NCBI GenBank assembly: GCA_965365495.1
Contig: CBDUBX010000001.1
Span: forward strand, 1 to 44,427
From: an uncultured Burkholderiales bacterium
GTDB lineage: Bacteria > Pseudomonadota > Gammaproteobacteria > Burkholderiales > Burkholderiaceae_C
DNA: 44,427 nucleotides
Direction of reading: 5' to 3'
Position 1 is the first letter of the stretch; each line of letters starts with the position of its first letter. Of this stretch, positions 39,008 to 44,427 are shown piece after piece. Under the pieces are notes generated by a model. That model searched no databases and was not told where the DNA came from. It was given only the letters and a program-made list of their open reading frames with translations. Made by a program: the position numbers and the translations under genes.

Positions 39008-41116
39008 TCACGGCAGCCCGGCGCCGGGGACGTCGACGTCGACCGCTTCGACGAACGCGTTCGAGATGCCCTTGGGCATCAGCGACAGCGACGTGTCGGC
39101 AACGACGGTGTACAGCGTCTTGCGGTCGGCGCCGCCGAGCGTGCACGCCACCGCCCAGCGGCCGTCGGTCGGCACGCGGTGGGTGATGTGCCCACCGGGC
39201 TCGACGCGGATGAACGCGCTCGCCAGCGGGCAGCCGGCCCAGACCGCGCCTTCGGCGTCGAGGCAGATGCCGTCGGGCGTGTAGCCCGGCGTCTCGGCCC
39301 AGACGCGGCGGTTCGACAGGCCGCCGTCGGCGGCGACGTCGTACGCGGTCAGCCGCATCGCGAAGCTTTCGGCGACGACGAGGGTGCGGCCGGCGTCGTC
39401 GATCGCCATTCCGTTCGGGAAGATCAGCTCGGTCGCGACCTCGCGCACGCGCCGGTCGGTGTCGACGAGCAGCACGCTCGCCGGCTGCAGCTCGGCGCCG
39501 CCGAGGAAGTCGAAGCCGTGGTGGCCGACGTAGGCGCGGCCTTGTGGGTCGACCAGCAGCTCGTTGGCGCAGCCGCGCGCGTACGCGTTCAGGTCGGCGT
39601 ACTCGGTCAGCTCGCCGCCGCGGCCGATCGTCATCAGCTTGCGGTCGGTCTGCGACACGACGAGCGGCGTGCCGTCGGGCAGGAAGCCGAGTCCGCCGGG
39701 CATCCCGGGGACCGTGGCGACGACGGTCGCGCGGCCGGCGGCGTCCATGCGGATCACGTGCTTGGAGAAGAAGTCGACGAACCACAGTTCGCCGCCGCCG
39801 TTGCCGTCGGGCCGCCAGCGCGGCGCTTCGCAGAAGCCGTAGCCCTCGGCGAGGCGGCGCGACGACAGCTTCTTCGCCCGGGCGATGCCCTGGATGTAGC
39901 GGCTGACCTTCGTCGGGTCGGTGTCGGTCGGCGGCGGCGTGTCGTAATCGGCGTAGATCGCGCCCATCACGTCGGCATCGAGCGCGGTGCTCGACTGCAG
40001 CGCGCGCTGCACGTCGGCCGAGGTCTTCAGCCGCGCCGCGGCGACGCTGCCGTAGTTCTGCGACGCGTTGATGACGAACTGGTTGTAGTCGCGGCACAGC
40101 TGCTCGAACGGCCGCAGCCGCTCGCGCGTCGGCGCGCCGCCGTCGGCCAGCACCTCGCGGATCTGGCGCGCCGCGTGGAAGCTGTCGCGCATGGCCAGCG
40201 TCATGCCGATGCCGTAGTACGGCGGCGTGCAGTGCGCCGCGTCGCCGGTGATGACGACGCCGTCGGCGGCATAGCTGTCGACGTGGTGGCGCAGCATCTT
40301 GTAGACGTGCAGGTCGTCGTCGACGACCTGCATCGCGCGGAAATACGGGAAGCGCTGCTTCAGCTCCTCGAGCACCGCTTTCAGCCCAATGCTGCGCCAG
40401 CGCGCCATCTCGCCGGGTTCGGCCTGCACGGGGCAGCGCACCCGCCGGTTGGTGATCGGGAAGAAGCCGCAGAAGCCGTCGGCGCCCCAGACCTCGATGT
40501 TCAGGTCCGACGGCTGATCGTCGCCGAGGATGCACGTCAGCATCAGGTATTCGTACGGATAGGTGTGCAGCTCGGTGTGCAGCCCGGCGTGCTGGCGGAT
40601 CACCGACCGCGGGCCGTCGCAGCCGGCGACGACGCGCGCGTTCACGCGCACCTCCTCCTTGCCCATCATCGCGGTCACGCCGCGCGCCATGCCGGCGTCG
40701 TCCTTGATCAAGCCGGTGGCGCGGCAGCCGCGAACGATGCGCACCGCGCCGTTGTCGGTGGCGGTTTCGAGCAGCGCCTCCTCGATCAGCGGGTGCGGCA
40801 GCGTCAGGATGTAGTTGTGCGGGCCGTAGGTCGTGGCCGCCAGCGGCACCTCGACGATCGTCTCGCCCTCGGGGCCGATCGCCTTCCAGCGGGTGACCTT
40901 CTCGGCGCCGCGCTTGAAGAAGTTGGGCAGCGCGCCGACCCGGTCGAGCCAGCGCACGGTGCACGGCGCGAGCTCGTCGCCGCGGTTGATCTGCGGCGTG
41001 CTCGGCGCCATCTCGAGCAGCAGAACGTCGAGCCCGGCGTCGCGCAGGTTGCACGCCAGCGAGCCGCCGGCAACGCCGCCGCCGACGATGACGACGTCGC
41101 AGTCGTGGGTTTGCAT
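39008..41116 (-). CDS. Fusion of group A FAD-dependent monooxygenase and SMP-30/gluconolactonase domain
   Basis: GGGVAG, GCDG, TGDAAH...P..G.GM..A..D; then FCEAPRW, LWFVD, ANE..VD..GR.Y, FPNG, TPDGICLD.EG; continuous 702-aa frame with GAGGAG RBS. Confidence 0.88.
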   Translation of the reverse strand: MQTHDCDVVIVGGGVAGGSLACNLRDAGLDVLLLEMAPSTPQINRGDELAPCTVRWLDRVGALPNFFKRGAEKVTRWKAIGPEGETIVEVPLAATTYGPHNYILTLPHPLIEEALLETATDNGAVRIVRGCRATGLIKDDAGMARGVTAMMGKEEVRVNARVVAGCDGPRSVIRQHAGLHTELHTYPYEYLMLTCILGDDQPSDLNIEVWGADGFCGFFPITNRRVRCPVQAEPGEMARWRSIGLKAVLEELKQRFPYFRAMQVVDDDLHVYKMLRHHVDSYAADGVVITGDAAHCTPPYYGIGMTLAMRDSFHAARQIREVLADGGAPTRERLRPFEQLCRDYNQFVINASQNYGSVAAARLKTSADVQRALQSSTALDADVMGAIYADYDTPPPTDTDPTKVSRYIQGIARAKKLSSRRLAEGYGFCEAPRWRPDGNGGGELWFVDFFSKHVIRMDAAGRATVVATVPGMPGGLGFLPDGTPLVVSQTDRKLMTIGRGGELTEYADLNAYARGCANELLVDPQGRAYVGHHGFDFLGGAELQPASVLLVDTDRRVREVATELIFPNGMAIDDAGRTLVVAESFAMRLTAYDVAADGGLSNRRVWAETPGYTPDGICLDAEGAVWAGCPLASAFIRVEPGGHITHRVPTDGRWAVACTLGGADRKTLYTVVADTSLSLMPKGISNAFVEAVDVDVPGAGLP

Positions 41117-41146
41117 CGCGCAGGTCTCCTCGGGTACGCGGATCGT

Positions 41147-42199
41147 CTAGCCGGCCAGCTCGCCCTGCAGCACGCCGCGGTCGACGACGAGCTCGTCGTC
41201 GAGCTTCACGCTGCAGTGGCGCATCGGGATGTCGAAGTGGCACGCGGTGTAGCGGTTGGCGACCTCGTTGGCGCCGGTCGAGAACAGGAAGTTGCCGGCG
41301 AACGCGCGCAGCTCGGTGCCGTTGAAGTCTTCGCGGTCGTACATCACCATCGTGTCCCAGCGCGCCGCCGGGTTCATGCCCCAGCCGACGTGGCTCACCG
41401 CATAGGCGTCCCGGCTGCCCCAGGCCTCGAAGTAACTGCGCATCAGCTCGGCGTCGAGGCCGTCGCCGTCGATGGCGACGACGTGGTCGTCCTCGACGGT
41501 CAGCACGACGCGGGACTCGAGGTAGCGCTTGAACGTCAGGTTGGCGTCGCCGGGCAGCATCACCAGCCGGCCGTTGACCGAATGCGGCTTCGGGAAGCAC
41601 AGGCACAGCCCGGCCGGCCAGTAGCCCATCATCCCGCCGCGGTCGGCCATCCCGGCCGAGCCGCGCCCCTGCACGTCGCGCAGGTCGACGCGCAGGTCGG
41701 TGCCGGCGGCGGAGAACACGTGCATCGAGTCGGCGGCGGTGATCTTCTTCGCGCCGAGCACGCAGCGCTGCTGCAGCGCGCGGTCGATCGAGAAGCGTTC
41801 GAGCGCCTGCGGGTGCTCGTTGCTGACCATGAAGATGCGCGCGCCCTTGGCGAGGATGTCCTTGCGCTCGGGAACGTGCAGCAGCCCTTCGACGGTGAGG
41901 TCGACGACGAGGTGGCAGCTCGCGAGCGCGTCGACGATCGCCTTCTTGCCCGCGAGCGCCAGGCAGGTGCCGGTCGACCGCAGCTCGACCGGCGCGCTGG
42001 CGCGCGGCGACGGCACGACGACGTGGAAGACGTCGGCGCCCAGGCGCGACAGCGCGAGTTCCGACAGCTCGATGGTGATCCGGCGCGACTGCGTCTCCGA
42101 CAGGATCGCCACCGTCTCGCCGGGCTGCACCGCGGTGAGCCCGGCGAACATCTCCTCGAACATCGCCAGCCACTTCGGCTGGATGCGGTCTTCAGCCAC
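41147..42199 (-). CDS. NicX-like 2,5-dihydroxypyridine 5,6-dioxygenase family protein (often annotated peptidase M29)
   Basis: VAILSETQSR, SAAGTDL, G.WP.G, SHVGWGMNP.ARW, RAFAGNFLFSTGAN, CHFDIPMR (His/His/Asp metal triad). Confidence 0.78.
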   Translation of the reverse strand: MAEDRIQPKWLAMFEEMFAGLTAVQPGETVAILSETQSRRITIELSELALSRLGADVFHVVVPSPRASAPVELRSTGTCLALAGKKAIVDALASCHLVVDLTVEGLLHVPERKDILAKGARIFMVSNEHPQALERFSIDRALQQRCVLGAKKITAADSMHVFSAAGTDLRVDLRDVQGRGSAGMADRGGMMGYWPAGLCLCFPKPHSVNGRLVMLPGDANLTFKRYLESRVVLTVEDDHVVAIDGDGLDAELMRSYFEAWGSRDAYAVSHVGWGMNPAARWDTMVMYDREDFNGTELRAFAGNFLFSTGANEVANRYTACHFDIPMRHCSVKLDDELVVDRGVLQGELAG

Positions 42200-43079
42200 G
42201 GTGCATCTCCTCGTGCAGCCGCCGGTACCACGGGTCGGCCGGGTCGGCGAGCCGCAAGTGGGTTTCGAAATGCGCCGCGCCGGCGACGACCGACTGCGTC
42301 ACCGCCGACCCGGCGTCGCGCAACGCGCGGACGAGCGCGCCGCTGCTGCGCACGATGCGCTCGAAGTCGCTTTCGCCCCAGCAGACGTGGAACGGTACCG
42401 CGTTGCCGTGCACATGCAGCACCGGGCTCGCCTCGGCGTCCTGGTCGCGGCGCGCGAACAGGTACTTGTAGACGCGGCCTTCGGCCGACTCGGGCGGCAC
42501 GTCGCCGTAGCGCAGGTCGAAGGCGCTGCTGACCGGAAAGCACGCCTTCACGGGGGTGCGACGCGATTGCAGCACCGCCAGTGCCGACAGGTGGCCGCCG
42601 GCCGAATGGCCGCCGACGACGATGCGGTCGGCCGCGCCGCCGTACTCGCCGATGCGCTCGTGCACCAGCGCCAGCGCGGCACGAACATCGTCGTAGGCCG
42701 CGGGCCAGCGTGCCGCCGGCGCGAGGCGGTAGGTGCCGGCGACGAACACCGCCGGCAGCGCGGTCACCGCCGGCGCCATGAAGCGCAGCCACGACAGCCC
42801 GCCGCTGACCCACGCGCCGCCGTGGAAGAACAGCAGCACCGGCAGCGGCTTCGACGCCGCCTCGCGCGGCACGTAGACGTGCAGCCGCTGCTGCGCATCG
42901 CTGCCGTAGGCGAGCGTGGCCACCGGGTCGAGAGCGCTCGCGCAGCCGAGCGCATGCGCGCGCGCGCCGTACGCGTCGGCGGCGTCGCTCGACGGCGGCA
43001 GGCCGGGGTAGTAGTCCGGCGACGCCGTCGACGGCGGCGACAGTGACGGCGAGGGCTTCGGCGAGGACGGCGACAGCAT
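42192..43079 (-). CDS. HSL-type alpha/beta hydrolase, arylformamidase-like
   Basis: YG....Q.L.VY, FFHGGAW, YRLAP, GHSAGGHL, WG..D, HF; overlaps the next gene start. Confidence 0.85.
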   Translation of the reverse strand: MLSPSSPKPSPSLSPPSTASPDYYPGLPPSSDAADAYGARAHALGCASALDPVATLAYGSDAQQRLHVYVPREAASKPLPVLLFFHGGAWVSGGLSWLRFMAPAVTALPAVFVAGTYRLAPAARWPAAYDDVRAALALVHERIGEYGGAADRIVVGGHSAGGHLSALAVLQSRRTPVKACFPVSSAFDLRYGDVPPESAEGRVYKYLFARRDQDAEASPVLHVHGNAVPFHVCWGESDFERIVRSSGALVRALRDAGSAVTQSVVAGAAHFETHLRLADPADPWYRRLHEEMHRG

Positions 43080-43087
43080 TGCGGCCG

Positions 43088-43132
43088 ACTGTAGGCAGCC
43101 CCCTCGGCGGTCGGAATCATCCCTAAGGATGG
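43088..43132 (-). promoter_or_regulatory. Second copy of the palindrome/promoter module upstream of the hydrolase operon
   Basis: Minus strand CCATCCTTAGGGATGATTC, 20 nt, TACAGT; 17/19 identical to 35698-35716. Confidence 0.75.
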
Positions 43133-43146
43133 ATCGCGGTGCGGCG

Positions 43147-44379
43147 TCAGTCGGTAGCTGCGGCGACGCGCACGAGGTGGCGGCCGATGCCGCGGCCGGC
43201 CAGCAGCGCGTCGAGCGCCGCCGGCGCCTGCTCGAGACTTTCGTACACCGTTTCGGGGACGACGACGCGGCCGTCGCGCACCAGCGGCAGCAGCGCCGCG
43301 CGCGCGGCGGCGTGGCGCGCCGCGTGGTCGTGCACCAGAAAGCCCTGCACCGCGAGACGGCGGTACAGCACGGCGTCGGCGTCGATCGCCGCGGCGGTGG
43401 CGCCGTAGCCGCCGACGTGGCCGACGAGGACGAGGCGCGCGCCGGTCGCGGCGTGCGGCAGCAGCGCCTGCAGCAACGCGCCGCCGGTAAGGTCGAGCAG
43501 CGCGTCGTAGCCGTTCGGTAGCGCCGCGGCCAGCGCGTCGGCGAGGCCGGTGGTTGGGGCAACGTCGTCGCGACCGCCGTGATCGGCGCCGATCGTTCGA
43601 GCCGTCTCGGCCCGGCCGAGCCGGTCGACGGCATGGATGCCGCGCGACCGCAGCCAGTCGCACTTGTCGTTCCCCGACGCGATGCCGACGACGCGCACGC
43701 CGGCGGCGACCGCAAGCTGCGCCGCGACCGCGCCGACGGTGCCGGCGGCGCTGGTGACGACGAGCGTGCCGCCGCGCGCGACGCGGGCGACGTCTTCGAG
43801 CGCGATCCACGCGCTGACGCCGGGCACGCCGAGCGCGCCGAGCCACGCGGTGTCGGGCACGCCGGCGTCGGTCGGCAGCGTGGTCACCGCGGCGGCCGGC
43901 ACGACGGCGTGCGACCGCCAGCCGAACTCGCCGGCGACAAGCGTGCCTGGCGGGAGTGCACCGCCGACGACGCGGCCGATGCCGCGGCCGGGCATGCACG
44001 CGCCGAGCGCGACGATCGGCCCGACGCGGTGGTTCGTCGCGCGCTCGTTGGCGACGGGGTCGATCGCCAGCCAGCGCAGCTCGACGACGACGTCGCCGTC
44101 GGCCGGTGCGGGCAGCGACGCGGTCTGCAGCGCGAAGTCGTCGGCCGCCGCGCGCGCGGCCGGGCGACGGACGAGGCGCACTTCGCGCGTGGACTCGACG
44201 GGCGCGGCGCGCGCGGTCGGCGCTGTCGACCCGACCGCTGCCGGACCCGCGACGGTCGGCGCGGTCGGCGCGTGAGGCACGTTCGGCACGTTCGGCACGT
44301 GCGGCGCGTGCGGCGCGTGCGGCGCGTGCGGCACGTTCGGTGCGGCAAGCGGCGGCGGGTTCGGCAGGTTCGGCGGCAT
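43147..44379 (-). CDS. NADP-dependent MDR oxidoreductase (PGR/CurA-like) with low-complexity N-terminus; start uncertain
   Basis: VRL.RRP, DF.L, LAIDP, GWRSH, LGALGVPG.SAW, VTSAAGTVG....QLA, GIA....KC.WL, GF.V.DH. Confidence 0.82.
   Translation of the reverse strand: MPPNLPNPPPLAAPNVPHAPHAPHAPHVPNVPNVPHAPTAPTVAGPAAVGSTAPTARAAPVESTREVRLVRRPAARAAADDFALQTASLPAPADGDVVVELRWLAIDPVANERATNHRVGPIVALGACMPGRGIGRVVGGALPPGTLVAGEFGWRSHAVVPAAAVTTLPTDAGVPDTAWLGALGVPGVSAWIALEDVARVARGGTLVVTSAAGTVGAVAAQLAVAAGVRVVGIASGNDKCDWLRSRGIHAVDRLGRAETARTIGADHGGRDDVAPTTGLADALAAALPNGYDALLDLTGGALLQALLPHAATGARLVLVGHVGGYGATAAAIDADAVLYRRLAVQGFLVHDHAARHAAARAALLPLVRDGRVVVPETVYESLEQAPAALDALLAGRGIGRHLVRVAAATD
44270..44340 (-). repeat. 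Imperfect 9-bp tandem repeat (CCG AAC GTG / CCG CAC GCG), about 8 units
   Basis: Encodes PNV-PHA-PHA-PHA-PHV-PNV-PNV-PHA. Confidence 0.85.
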
Positions 44380-44427
44380 CGTCGACGTCGGCGGCTCGGG
44401 TCGCGGCCGTCGAGCCGCATCGTCGGC

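Noticed and set aside
38849-42532. 1227-aa plus-strand ORF and other long ORFs (e.g. 38979..42173, 35704..38331, 18576..21329, 18769..21024)
   Set aside because: Antisense or off-frame shadows of well-supported genes; Arg/Ala/Gly-rich with no motifs, as expected in very high-GC DNA.
44270-44340. CRISPR-like array
   Set aside because: 9-bp tandem units with no spacers; no CRISPR repeats or cas genes were seen in the window.

Overview
High-GC window from a betaproteobacterium (Burkholderiales-like, inferred from gene content and synteny) with four blocks. (1) 1-16.7 kb: proA, then a complete thiosulfate/sulfide oxidation region (soxCDYZAXB-dsrE plus an Ldh_2 dehydrogenase, fccAB, a soxH-like/TlpA/cytochrome c/ArsR operon), with folE and a BLUF gene upstream. 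One 20-bp operator-like motif occurs at both sulfur promoter regions. (2) 16.7-22.0 kb: conserved rsmB-DUF4390-ntrY-ntrX and tRNA-Phe(GAA). (3) About 22.0-33.5 kb: a decayed, integrase-less accessory island with an AraC/hydrolase module, hipBA with two operators, a membrane-anchored Mrr-type nuclease, several broken genes and an ars operon. (4) 35.7-44.4 kb, the best candidate for an undescribed system: a TonB-dependent receptor and DoxX gene converging on an operon for an arylformamidase-like hydrolase, a NicX-like dioxygenase, a flavin monooxygenase::SMP-30/lactonase fusion and a Dabb protein. Both arms carry the same palindrome (CATCC-N4-GGATG) at identical spacing from a -10 element, suggesting a co-regulated N-heteroaromatic uptake and catabolism pathway. 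All calls come from motif recognition by eye; no database searches were run.
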